In this document: piece by piece, positions 48,714 through 58,086 of the stretch
Layout of the letters: each line of letters opens with the position of its first letter
Position numbering within the stretch: position 1 is the stretch's first letter
NCBI GenBank assembly: GCA_963758635.1
Contig: CAVWWD010000008.1
Location: forward strand, 384,001 to 448,000
Length of the DNA: 64,000 nt
From: an uncultured Candidatus Rokubacteria bacterium
Lineage (GTDB): Bacteria; Methylomirabilota; Methylomirabilia; Rokubacteriales; CSP1-6
Reading direction: 5' to 3'
Position numbers and translations under genes: made by a program
The notes under the pieces: model-generated
What the model was told of the DNA's origin: nothing
Seen by the model: the letters and a program-made list of their open reading frames with translations, nothing else
Databases searched by the model: none

Positions 48714-49712
48714 ATGGCCACTCACCACTTGCAGGAGATCGTGCTGGCGGGCCCGCGCGGGTTCTGCGCGGGCGTCGATCGGGCCATCGACATCGTGGAG
48801 CTGGCCCTCGAGGTGTGCCCGCCGCCCGTGTACGTGCGCAAGGAGATCGTCCACAACCGTCACGTCGTCGAGGCCCTGCGCGAGAAGGGCGCCCACTTCG
48901 TGGACGAGCTCGACGAGGTGCCCGACGACGCCACCGTGATCTTCAGCGCGCACGGCGTGTCGCCGGCCATCCGGGCCGACGCCGAGCGGCGCGGCCTGCG
49001 CGTCATCGACGCCACGTGCCCGCTCGTGACCAAGGTCCACCTCGAGGCGGTCCGCTACGCGCGCGAGGGCTACTCGATCATCCTCGTCGGCCACGCCGAC
49101 CATGACGAGGTCGTGGGCACGATGGGCGAGGCGCCGGAGCGGATGTTCGTGATCGCCCAGCCCGAGGACGTCGACCACCTCCAGGTGCCGGATCCGGAGA
49201 AGGTCGCCTACCTCACGCAGACCACCCTCTCCGTGGACGACACGCGGGACTGCATCGCCGCCCTCCGCCGCCGCTTCCCGAGGATCGTGGGACCGGCCAA
49301 GGACGACATCTGCTACGCCACGCAGAACCGCCAGGCCGCGGCCAAGACGGTGGCCGCGGAGGTGGACCTGCTCCTGGTCATCGGCGCGGCCAACAGCTCC
49401 AACGCGAACCGCCTCGTCGAGGTGTCGCGCGTCATGGGGACGCCCTCGTACCTGATCGCGGACCGCAGCGACATCAGGCCGGAGTGGCTCGACGGGACGC
49501 GCCGCGTGGGCGTCACCGCGGGCGCGTCCACGCCGGAGCGTCTCGTGACCGAGGTGGTCGAGGCGCTGTCGAGCCGTCACGCGGTGAAGGTGCAGGAGGT
49601 GCACGTCGTGGAGGAGGACGTGCGCTTCGGCCTGCCGCGCGAGCTCGAGGACATCGCCCGGCAGAGCGGCCGGCGGCTGCCCGTCCGCGTCAGCGGGGGC
49701 GCCGAGGGGTAA
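48714..49712 (+). CDS. ispH: 4-hydroxy-3-methylbut-2-enyl diphosphate reductase
   Basis: PRGFCAGVDRAI, IVHN, SAHG, DATCPLVTKVH, QTTLS, ICYATQNRQ, SSN and TAGASTP. Confidence 0.97.
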   Translation: MATHHLQEIVLAGPRGFCAGVDRAIDIVELALEVCPPPVYVRKEIVHNRHVVEALREKGAHFVDELDEVPDDATVIFSAHGVSPAIRADAERRGLRVIDATCPLVTKVHLEAVRYAREGYSIILVGHADHDEVVGTMGEAPERMFVIAQPEDVDHLQVPDPEKVAYLTQTTLSVDDTRDCIAALRRRFPRIVGPAKDDICYATQNRQAAAKTVAAEVDLLLVIGAANSSNANRLVEVSRVMGTPSYLIADRSDIRPEWLDGTRRVGVTAGASTPERLVTEVVEALSSRHAVKVQEVHVVEEDVRFGLPRELEDIARQSGRRLPVRVSGGAEG

Positions 49713-49780
49713 CGCTCCACCGCTTCGAACCGTCTTCCTCCGTCGGACACTCCATTCGCAGCGGCATCGGGGAGGCAGGC

Positions 49781-51860
49781 ATGGCTCTCGATATCGGCAA
49801 GATCCGCAACGTCGCGTTCGTCGGGCACGGGGGCGTCGGCAAGACCTCGATGGTCGAGGCGATCCTGTTCGCCTCCGGCGCCATCTCGCGCCTGGGCCGG
49901 GCCGACGACGGCACCACCACCACCGACTTCGACCCCGACGAGGTCAAGCGGAAGATCTCGCTGAACACCGCGGTGGCCTTCTGCGACTACAAGGGGCACC
50001 GCTTCAACCTGATCGACACTCCCGGATACGGCGACTTCGTCGCGGACGCGCGGGCGGGTCTCCGGGTGGCCGACGCGGCGGTGATCATGGTGGACGCGGT
50101 GGCCGGCGTGCAGGTCCAGACCGAGAAGGTGTGGAAGTACGCGGGTGAGTACGCGCTGCCGCGCGTGATCGTGATCAGCCGGCTCGACCGGGAGCGCGCC
50201 GACTTCTTCCGCACGCTCGAGTCCGTCGGCAAGCGCCTCAAGGGTCGCCTGTGCCCGCTCCAGGTGCCGGTGGGGTCCGAGTCCGGGTTCACCGGTGTCG
50301 TCGACCTCATCACGATGAAGGCGCTCGTGACCGCGGACGGGAAGGTCAAGGAGACGGACATCCCGGGCGACGTGACCGACGTGGCCAAGTCGTGGCGCGA
50401 CAAGCTCGTGGAGACGGTGGCGGAGACCGACGACGACCTCCTCGCCAAGTACCTGGAGGAGGGCGCGATCGGGGAGCCGGAGATGCTGGAGGCGCTCAAG
50501 CGGGCGGTGGCCAGCGGCGATCTGGTGCCCGTGCTCGCCGCTTCGGCCGCGCGCAGCATCGGCATCGCCCCGCTGCTGGACCTCGCGATCAAGGAGCTGC
50601 CGTCGCCCGCCGACCGGCCCGAGGTCGAGGCCGTGAACGTCAAGACCAAGGGGGCGGTGAAGCTCGGCGCCGACCCCAAGGCTCCGCTCTCCGCGCTGGT
50701 GTTCAAGACGGTGTCCGATCCCCACGTGGGCAAGCTCACGATCTTCCGCGTGTACTCCGGCACGCTCCACGCCGACGGGCACGCCTACAACTCCACCCGG
50801 CAGGCCCGCGAGCGGGTGGGGCACATCGGCTGGCTCCAGGGCAAGACGCAGAAGCCGGTGGAGACGCTCGGGCCCGGCGAGATCGGCGTGGTGGCCAAGC
50901 TGAAGGACAGCCTCACCGGCGACACGCTCTGCGAGGAGGGCCACCCGCTCCTCCTGTCCGGCATCGTGTTCCCCGAGCCGGCGATCTCGTTCGCGATCCA
51001 GCCGAAGACGCGGGGCGACGAGGACAAGATCTCCACGGCGCTCCATCGGATGACCGAGGAAGACCCGACGCTGCACCACCACTACGATCCGGAGACCAAG
51101 CAGCTCCTGGTCTCGGGCGTCGGGCAGCTCCACGTCGAGGTGGTGGTCGAGCGAATGAAGCGCAAGTACAACGTCGACGTGCAGGTGCTGCCGCCCCGCA
51201 TCCCGTACAAGGAGACGGTCAAGGGCCGCTCCGAGGTGCAGGGCAAGTACAAGAAGCAGACGGGCGGGCGCGGCCAGTACGGCGACACGTGGCTCGCGCG
51301 TCGAGCCGCTCCAGCGCGGCGCCGGCTTCGAGTTCGTCGACGATATCTTCGGGGGCGCGATCCCGCGCAACTTCATCCCGTCGGTCGAGAAGGGCGTCCG
51401 CGACTGCATGAAGCGCGGGATCATGGCCGGCTACCCGGTGGTGGACCTCAAGGTCACGCTCTACGACGGCTCCTACCACGACGTGGACTCCTCCGACATG
51501 GCATTCCAGATCGCCGCGTCGATGGGCCTGCAAAAGGGCTTCATGGAGGCCCACCCGATCCTCCTCGAGCCGGTCATGCACGTCGAGGTGACGGCCCCCT
51601 CCGACCACGCGGGCGACGTGATCGGCGACCTCAACGGCCGCCGCGGGCGGATCGTGGGCATGGAGCCCGACGGCGAGGTCGTCAACGTCCGCGCGCAGGC
51701 GCCGATGAGCGAGATGCTCACGTACGAGTCGACCCTCCGCTCGATGACGGGCGGTCGCGGCGGGTACTCGATGGAGTTCTCACACTACGAGGAGCTGCCC
51801 GCGCACCTCGCCGAGAAGGTCGTCGCCGCCGTGAACAAGGAAAAGGCCGAAAAGCACTGA
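49781..51860 (+). CDS. fusA: Elongation factor G paralog (EF-G2-like; apparent frameshift ~51298)
   Basis: IRNVA..GHGGVGKT, DTPG, EEDPT, GQLH, KQTGGRGQYG, DGSYHDVDSS and LRSMTGGRG; not in an rpsL-rpsG-tuf context. Confidence 0.9.
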
Positions 51861-51861
51861 T

Positions 51862-53097
51862 GTGAGCTTCGTCAGCCACGTCGAGTGCACGGTCTGCGGG
51901 GAGCGGCACGAGGCGGGGCAGCTCCTCACCGTGTGTCGGGCGTGCGGTCAGATGCTGGCCGTGCGGTACGACCTGGCGCGCGTGGCCGCTGCCGTCACCA
52001 AGCCGGATCTTCGCGAGCGCCCGCCGGGGATGTACCGGTTCCGTGAGCTGACGCCGCTCGCGGCCGCCGAGGAGCCGGTCACGCTCGGCGAGGGCGGGAC
52101 GCCGCTCCTCGCGCTGCCCCGCCTGGCCGCGCACCTGGGCCTCCGCGACGTGTGGGCGAAGGACGAGGGGCAGAATCCCACCGGCTCGTTCAAGGCGCGC
52201 GGTCTCGGGATGGCCATCACCAAGGCGCGCGGCCTCGGCGTGAAGGGCCTCATGATCCCGTCCGCGGGCAACGCGGGCGGCGCCGCCGCGGTGTACGGCG
52301 CGCGCGCCGGCGTCCCGGTGGCGGTGGTGGTGCCGAGGAAGACGCCGGCGGCGGCCATCGCCGAGGCGCAGCTCGCCGGCGCCCACGTCTTCACCATCGA
52401 CGGGTCCATCGGCACCGCGGGCCGCGCGGTGGCCCAGGTGGCCCCCCGCCTCGGCTGGTTCGACCTCGCGACGCTCAAGGAGCCCTACCGCCTCGAGGGC
52501 AAGAAGACCATGGGGCTCGAGCTGGCCGAGCAGCTCGGCTGGGACACGCCCGACCTGCTCCTCTATCCCACCGGCGGCGGCACCGGGCTCGTCGGGATCT
52601 GGAAGGCGTACGAGGAGCTGGCCGCCATGGGCTGGATCAAGGCCCGCCAGCCGCGCTTCGTGGCCGTGCAGGCCGAGGGCTGCGCGCCCGTCGTCCGCGC
52701 CTTCCGCGACAACGCCGAGACCACGACGGTGTGGGACGACCCCGTGACCGATGCGCCGGGCCTCCTCGTGCCGGGCCCGTTCGCGGGACGCCAGATGCTG
52801 CGGATCCTGCGCGAGACGGGCGGCCACGGCCGGGCGGTGAGCGAGCAGGAGATCGCCGACGCGCAGCGGCTGCTCGCGCGCCTGGAAGGCATCTGGACGT
52901 GCCCCGAAGCGGCGGCGGCCCTCGCCGCGCTCCTCCAGCTCCGCGACGCGCACGAGGTGACGGCCGACACCCGCATCGTGATGGTGCTGACGGGCGCGGG
53001 CATCAAGTACACGCCGCCGTCCTCCGCCGCGCCCGTCCACCTGGATGGCGATGTGCTCGCGCAGGTGGAGCGAGCCATCGGCGCGCGCGACCGCTGA
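51862..53097 (+). CDS. thrC: Threonine synthase family PLP enzyme
   Basis: Zn-ribbon N-terminus, [30 protein letters not shown] and PTGGG. Confidence 0.85.
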   Translation: MSFVSHVECTVCGERHEAGQLLTVCRACGQMLAVRYDLARVAAAVTKPDLRERPPGMYRFRELTPLAAAEEPVTLGEGGTPLLALPRLAAHLGLRDVWAKDEGQNPTGSFKARGLGMAITKARGLGVKGLMIPSAGNAGGAAAVYGARAGVPVAVVVPRKTPAAAIAEAQLAGAHVFTIDGSIGTAGRAVAQVAPRLGWFDLATLKEPYRLEGKKTMGLELAEQLGWDTPDLLLYPTGGGTGLVGIWKAYEELAAMGWIKARQPRFVAVQAEGCAPVVRAFRDNAETTTVWDDPVTDAPGLLVPGPFAGRQMLRILRETGGHGRAVSEQEIADAQRLLARLEGIWTCPEAAAALAALLQLRDAHEVTADTRIVMVLTGAGIKYTPPSSAAPVHLDGDVLAQVERAIGARDR

Positions 53098-53272
53098 CCC
53101 CTCCGCGGCTCGATCGCTCGCCCCGCTCCCGTCCGGGTTTTTCGGTGTGCGACCATGCCGTCTTGCACTACCATCGGGGGCGGCGTGGGCCGGACCATCC
53201 CGCGGAGGCAGGGCCTCCTGGAGCTGTTCGCGCGGTTTGCCTGACCGCGATCATGTCGAAGGAGAACGGACG

Positions 53273-54552
53273 ATGGCGAAGCTGACCCGGAGACGGTTTC
53301 TCGGCGCCTCGGGTTCCGGTCTGGCGTGGGGACTCGCGGGGACCGCGCTGGCCGGCGGGCTGGCGGGCTGCGCCACCTCCTTCAAGGGTGACTTCGCGCC
53401 CAAGGCGGGCCGGCGCGTCGTCGTCGTCGGTGGCGGCTGGGGCGGAGCCACCGCGGCGAAGTACCTGCGCCAGGCCGATCCCGGCATCGAGGTCTATCTG
53501 CTCGAGCCGAATACCCAGTTCGTGTCGTGTCCCTTCTCAACCTCGTCCTGAGCGGCGTCCGCACCATCGAGAGCATCACGTTCGGCTACGACGGCCTGCG
53601 CCGGACCGGCGTCAAGGTGCTGCACGAGAGCGCGGCCGCCATCGAGCCCGACCGGAAGCGCGTGCGAGTCGGCGAGGGCTACCTCGAGTACGACCGCCTC
53701 ATCGTGTCGCCCGGCGTGGAGTTCCAGTGGGGAGAGGTGCAGGGGCTGGCCGAGAACCAGGACAAGGTGCTCCACGCCTGGAAGGCCGGGCCGCAGACGG
53801 TACAGCTCGCGGCCCAGCTCGCCGCCATCCCCGACGGCGGCGTGTTCGTGCTCACGATCCCGCCCGTGGCCTACCGCTGCCCGCCCGGCCCGTACGAGCG
53901 CGCGAGCCAGGTCGCGTGGTACCTGAAGACGAAGAAGCCCCGCGCGAAGCTCATCGTGCTGGACGCCAACCAGAACATCGTGTCGAAGGCCGGCCTCTTC
54001 CGCGAGGCCTGGAAGGCGTATCCGAACCTCGACTACCGCGCGTCGTCGCGCGTGGTCGCGGTGGATCCCGGCGCGCGCGAGGTGCGGACGGAGTTCGACC
54101 GCGTGAAGTACGACGTGCTCAACCTGATCCCGCCCCAGCGCGCCGGCGCCATCGCCGTGCAGGCGGACCTGGTCGGCGCCGACAAGCGCTGGTGCGAGGT
54201 CGACCACGTCACCTATGAGTCGGTGAAGCACACGGGCGTCCACGTCATCGGCGACGCGACGACGGGGCTCCCCGTCCCGAAGTCCGGCAACGTCGCCAAT
54301 GCCATGGGGAAGATCTGCGCGGTGGCGGTGGCGAGCCTGCTCGTGGGCAAGCCGGCGCCGGCCATCCCGCCCGGCAACACCTGCTACAGCTGGGTGAGCG
54401 ACACCGAGGCCATCGCGGTCGTGAACGCCTACAAGATCGAGGGTGGCAAGGTCGTCCAGATCGAGCAGAAGCTCACGCCGGCGCAGAGCGCGGCGGTCGG
54501 CGAGCGGGCCAAGGGCTGGGCCCAGAGCATCTGGGCCGACATGCTGGCCTGA
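53273..54552 (+). CDS. fccB: Flavocytochrome c sulfide dehydrogenase, flavoprotein subunit (FccB/SoxF; apparent frameshift ~53535)
   Basis: Tat motif [47 protein letters not shown] and NTCYS. Confidence 0.9.
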
Positions 54553-54643
54553 GATAGGAACGCAGACGGCTGACTTCCCCGAACGTCGGGCCCCGGAGGC
54601 CCTGCGCAGGGGCCCCGACGGCAAATACGGAGGAGCCCAAGAC

Positions 54644-55252
54644 ATGCGGACGATGACACGCCGGCTGGCCCTTGCGTACGGTCTCGCCGCCGCCGTCCTG
54701 GCGTTGCCCGCCGCGGCGGGCGCGGGGCCGCTCGATCATCCGGGCGCGACGAAGGCGGTCGTCTGCGCGGCCTGCCACGGGCAGGGCGGCAACAGCCAGT
54801 CCAGCGCGATGCCGATCATCGCGGGGATGGACGCGGGCTACTTCAAGAAGCAGATCGAGAGCTATGTGACGGGCAAGCGGGTGTCGGCGGAGATGGAGCC
54901 CTACGCCAAGCAGGTGCGCGAGCTCGGCGTGGACGACATCGCCGCCTACTTCGCCGCCCAGAAGAGAGAGCCCACGCCGGTCAAGGGCGACCCGGCGGCC
55001 GTGACGCGCGGGCGGACGGCGGCGGCGCCGTGCGTGGTCTGCCACGGAGACAACGGGCGTGGGGACCTCGCCAAGGGCATCCCGAGCATCGCCGGCCAGG
55101 CGCCGGGGTTCCTCGCCGAGCAGATGGCGCTGTTCAAGCAGGACCGGCGCAACCCCGGGGACCCGACGCTCGCCGCCGTCAAGGCGTTGATGAAGACCAT
55201 CCCTGACGCCACGTTCGCCGATCTCGCCGCCTACTACTCGAGCCTCCGGTAG
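54644..55252 (+). CDS. Diheme cytochrome c (c4/FccA-like)
   Basis: Signal peptide, CAACH and CVVCH; follows fccB. Confidence 0.9.
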   Translation: MRTMTRRLALAYGLAAAVLALPAAAGAGPLDHPGATKAVVCAACHGQGGNSQSSAMPIIAGMDAGYFKKQIESYVTGKRVSAEMEPYAKQVRELGVDDIAAYFAAQKREPTPVKGDPAAVTRGRTAAAPCVVCHGDNGRGDLAKGIPSIAGQAPGFLAEQMALFKQDRRNPGDPTLAAVKALMKTIPDATFADLAAYYSSLR

Positions 55253-55270
55253 CGTGCACATCGGATGGGC

Positions 55271-55536
55271 CGCCGGGTGCGGGCGGGCGCAGCCCGGGTG
55301 CCCGCACGGCGCGCGAGCATTTGGCGCCGGGTGCGGGCGGGCGCAGCCCGGGTGCCCGCACGGCGCGCGAGCATTTGGGCCGCGCGGGTGCGGGCGGGCG
55401 CAGCCCGGGTGCCCGCACGAGCGCGCGCAGCATTTGGCGCCGGGTGCGGGCGGGCGCAGCCCGGGTGCCCGCACGGCGCGCGAGCATTTGGCGCCGGGTG
55501 CGGGCGGGCGCAGCCCGGGTGCCCGCACCATGGTGA
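55271..55536 (+). repeat. Tandem array of 5 palindromic family A units (~54-bp period)
   Basis: CGCCGGGTGCGGGCGGGCGCAGCCCGGGTGCCCGCAC plus a near-constant linker GGCGCGCGAGCATTTGG; ends CCATGGTGA. Confidence 0.92.
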
Positions 55537-56321
55537 CAGACGCGCTGATCGTCGTTCCCCTGGGCTTCGTCCTCGGCTTCCTCATCGGCCTGACCGGCGT
55601 CGGTGGCGGGGTGCTGGTCGCGCCCGCCTTCTACGTGATCCTCGGCCTCGGCTACGGCGAGGCGGTGGCGCTGTCGCTGATCTATTCGCTGTTCACCAAG
55701 ATCGCCAGCGCGGTCCAGCACGTTCGCCAGGGCACCGTCCTCTGGAGGATCACCCTCGCCTACGGCCTCACGGGGATCCCCGGCGCCGTCGTCGGCTCGC
55801 GCCTCGTGTACCGCGCCGACGCCGACCTGCAGCGCCTGCTTCCGCTCATGATGGCGGCGGTGATGCTCGCCGTGGCCGGCATGCTCCTCGCCGAGGCCAC
55901 GGTACGCGGCCTCGCCGAGCGACCGAAGCCGTTCTCCCCGCACCGCCTCGGCGTTGCGGCGCTCCTGGCCGTGAGCGGCTTCCAGCTCTTCGTGGGGGCG
56001 CTGCTCGGCGTGACGTCGATCGGCAGCGGCACCCTCGTGATCCTCTCCATGGTGTTCTTCTTCCGGATGTCGGTGCGCGAGATCGTCGGCTCCAACATCG
56101 TCATCGCGCTCATCATGGTGATCCCCGCGGGCTTCACGCACTACCTGGCGGCGGGGGTGGACTGGAGGCTCCTCGCCCTCCTGCTGGTGGGATCGCTGGG
56201 CGGCGCCGTGCTGGGCTCGCGCGCGACGATGGTCCTGCCCGAGCGGCAGCTCAAGCTCGCCATCGTGGCGCTGATCGTGATCGGCGCGGTCGCCACGGTG
56301 GCCAAGGCGCGGCTGGCCTGA
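55530..56321 (+). CDS. TauE/SafE family sulfite exporter
   Basis: GFLIGLTGVGGG..P and GVTSIGSG repeats, about 8 hydrophobic segments. Confidence 0.88.
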   Translation: MVTDALIVVPLGFVLGFLIGLTGVGGGVLVAPAFYVILGLGYGEAVALSLIYSLFTKIASAVQHVRQGTVLWRITLAYGLTGIPGAVVGSRLVYRADADLQRLLPLMMAAVMLAVAGMLLAEATVRGLAERPKPFSPHRLGVAALLAVSGFQLFVGALLGVTSIGSGTLVILSMVFFFRMSVREIVGSNIVIALIMVIPAGFTHYLAAGVDWRLLALLLVGSLGGAVLGSRATMVLPERQLKLAIVALIVIGAVATVAKARLA

Positions 56322-56354
56322 GGGCCGGGCCGGTGACGCGCTGAAGGGACGCGC

Positions 56355-57905
56355 ATGCGTTACGGGTTCGTCATCGACCAGCGGCGCTGCATCGGATGTC
56401 ACGCCTGCACGGTGGCGTGCAAGGAGGAGAACCAGGTCCCGCTGGGCGTCAACCGCACGTGGGTCAAGTACATCGAGAGGGGGACGTTCCCCGACACCCG
56501 GCGCTACTTCTCGGTGCTGCGCTGCAACCACTGCGACAACGCGCCATGCGTGACGATCTGCCCCACCGTGGCGCTCTACCGTCGCGCCGACGGGATCGTG
56601 GATTTCGACGGCGAGCGCTGCATCGGCTGCAAGTCGTGCATGCAGGCCTGCCCCTACGACGCGCTCTACATCGACCCCGCCACGCAGACGGCGGCGAAGT
56701 GCCACTACTGCGCGCATCGCGTGGAGGTGGGGCTCGAGCCCGCGTGCGTGATCGTCTGCCCCGTGCAGGCCATCGTGTCCGGCGACCTCGACGATCCCGG
56801 CTCGCCGATCGCGCGGCTGGTCGCCGGCCAGCAGGTGCAGGTGCGCAAGCCGGAGCAGGGCACCCAGCCGAAGCTCTTCTACCTGGGCGCCGACGAGGCC
56901 GCGCTCACCCCGGCGATGCAGGTGCAGGGGGACGGCTACATGTTCGCTCAGCGGGGCGACATCCCGGTGCCCGGCGCCCCCGGCCGGCCAATGCCCGCGC
57001 CCGGGCCCGATCCGGCGGGCGGCGGCGTGGATCTCCTGCGCATGGCCCGGACCGCGTACGACGTGGCGCACGCCGCGCGTCCGTGGGGCGGGAAGGTGTC
57101 CGCGTACCTCTGGACCAAGTCGATCGCCGCGGGCGTGCTCCTGGTCGCCGCGCTCGGGGTGGTGTCGGGGCGGGCCGCGGGCAACGCGCTCGCCGGCGTC
57201 GTCGCGCCCGTGATTGCGCTGGTATTCCTGGCTCTTACATCAGGCCTTCTCGTGGCTGACTTGAAGCGGCCCGAGCGGTTCCTCTACCTGCTCACGATGC
57301 CGAACCCGCGGTCGTGGCTGGTGCGGGGGGCCTGGATCCTGATGGCCTTCGGCGCGGCCGCGGGCGCGTGGCTCCTCGCCGCGTGGACCGGGCACGCCGG
57401 GGCGCTCCAGTGGCTGGCCGTGCCCGTGATCGTCCTGGCTGTGGCCGCGGCGGGCTACAGCGCGTTTCTCTTCGGGCAGGCCGAGGGCCGCGACTTCTGG
57501 CAGAGCCCGGTAACGCTCCCTCATCTCATCGTGGCCGCGGTGGCGGCGGGCAGCGCCGTCCTGCTCCTCGCCGCGGGCCCGCTCGGCGGCGGGCTCGGCG
57601 CCCCGCGTGGGCTGCGTGTGGTGCTCTTCGCCGCGCTGGGCGTGAGCCTTGTCCTGATGGCCGCCGACCTCCTGGGCTTCCACGCGAGCCAGGACGCCGC
57701 GCGCGCCGCGCGGACGTTGACGCGGGGGGCGCTCGCTGGCTGGCTCTGGAGTGGCGTGGTGGTGGCGGGCACCGTGCTCCCGATGCTGCTCCTCGCCACG
57801 CCGTGGCCGCCGGGATGGGCGCTGGCCGCGCTGCTCGTGCTGGGCGGCCTCTGGCTGTGGGAGGATCTCTGGGTGCGGGCGGGCCAGTCCGTGCCCCTGA
57901 GCTGA
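56355..57905 (+). CDS. Fused 4Fe-4S subunit (DmsB/PsrB-like) plus NrfD/PsrC-like membrane anchor
   Basis: CIGCHACTVACK, CNHCDNAPC..ICP, CIGCKSCMQACPY, KCHYC...PAC..CP; then WG.KVSAYLW, DL.RPERF, SWLVRGAW and RAGQ. Confidence 0.9.
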   Translation: MRYGFVIDQRRCIGCHACTVACKEENQVPLGVNRTWVKYIERGTFPDTRRYFSVLRCNHCDNAPCVTICPTVALYRRADGIVDFDGERCIGCKSCMQACPYDALYIDPATQTAAKCHYCAHRVEVGLEPACVIVCPVQAIVSGDLDDPGSPIARLVAGQQVQVRKPEQGTQPKLFYLGADEAALTPAMQVQGDGYMFAQRGDIPVPGAPGRPMPAPGPDPAGGGVDLLRMARTAYDVAHAARPWGGKVSAYLWTKSIAAGVLLVAALGVVSGRAAGNALAGVVAPVIALVFLALTSGLLVADLKRPERFLYLLTMPNPRSWLVRGAWILMAFGAAAGAWLLAAWTGHAGALQWLAVPVIVLAVAAAGYSAFLFGQAEGRDFWQSPVTLPHLIVAAVAAGSAVLLLAAGPLGGGLGAPRGLRVVLFAALGVSLVLMAADLLGFHASQDAARAARTLTRGALAGWLWSGVVVAGTVLPMLLLATPWPPGWALAALLVLGGLWLWEDLWVRAGQSVPLS

Positions 57906-57922
57906 CGGGATGGGCCGACGGG

Positions 57923-58067
57923 GACAGGGGCGGGCGAAGCCCGGGTGCCCGCCCCATGGCGACAGGGGCGGGCGTGGCGAAAGCCCGGGCGTGGCGAAAG
58001 CCGGGGTGCCCGCCCCATGGTGACAGGGGCGGGCGTGGCGAAAGCCCGGGTGCCCGCCCCATGGTGA
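57923..58067 (+). repeat. Family A variant, 3 copies
   Basis: GGGGCGGGC...GGCGAA(A)GCCC-GGGTGCCCGCCCC-ATGGTGAC. Confidence 0.85.
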
Positions 58068-58086
58068 CGAGACCAGCGGAGGCCCG

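Noticed and set aside
980..54552. About 15 frameshifts as pseudogenes or programmed frameshifting (mmsB, DUF748, FAD subunit, aor, garR, GNAT, aminotransferase, hpnN, mlaE, fusA, fccB)
   Set aside because: They are single-base indels spread over unrelated genes, several in G/C runs, with no in-frame stops, decay or shared slippery motif. Long-read consensus error is most likely; read polishing would settle it.
55254..55529. Repetitive N-terminal extension of TauE
   Set aside because: It is a translation of the family A array; the TauE-like sequence begins at 55530.
55271..55536. Possible CRISPR array (palindromic ~37-bp repeat plus linker)
   Set aside because: Linkers are about 17-20 bp and nearly identical, the same unit is dispersed elsewhere, and no cas genes are present.
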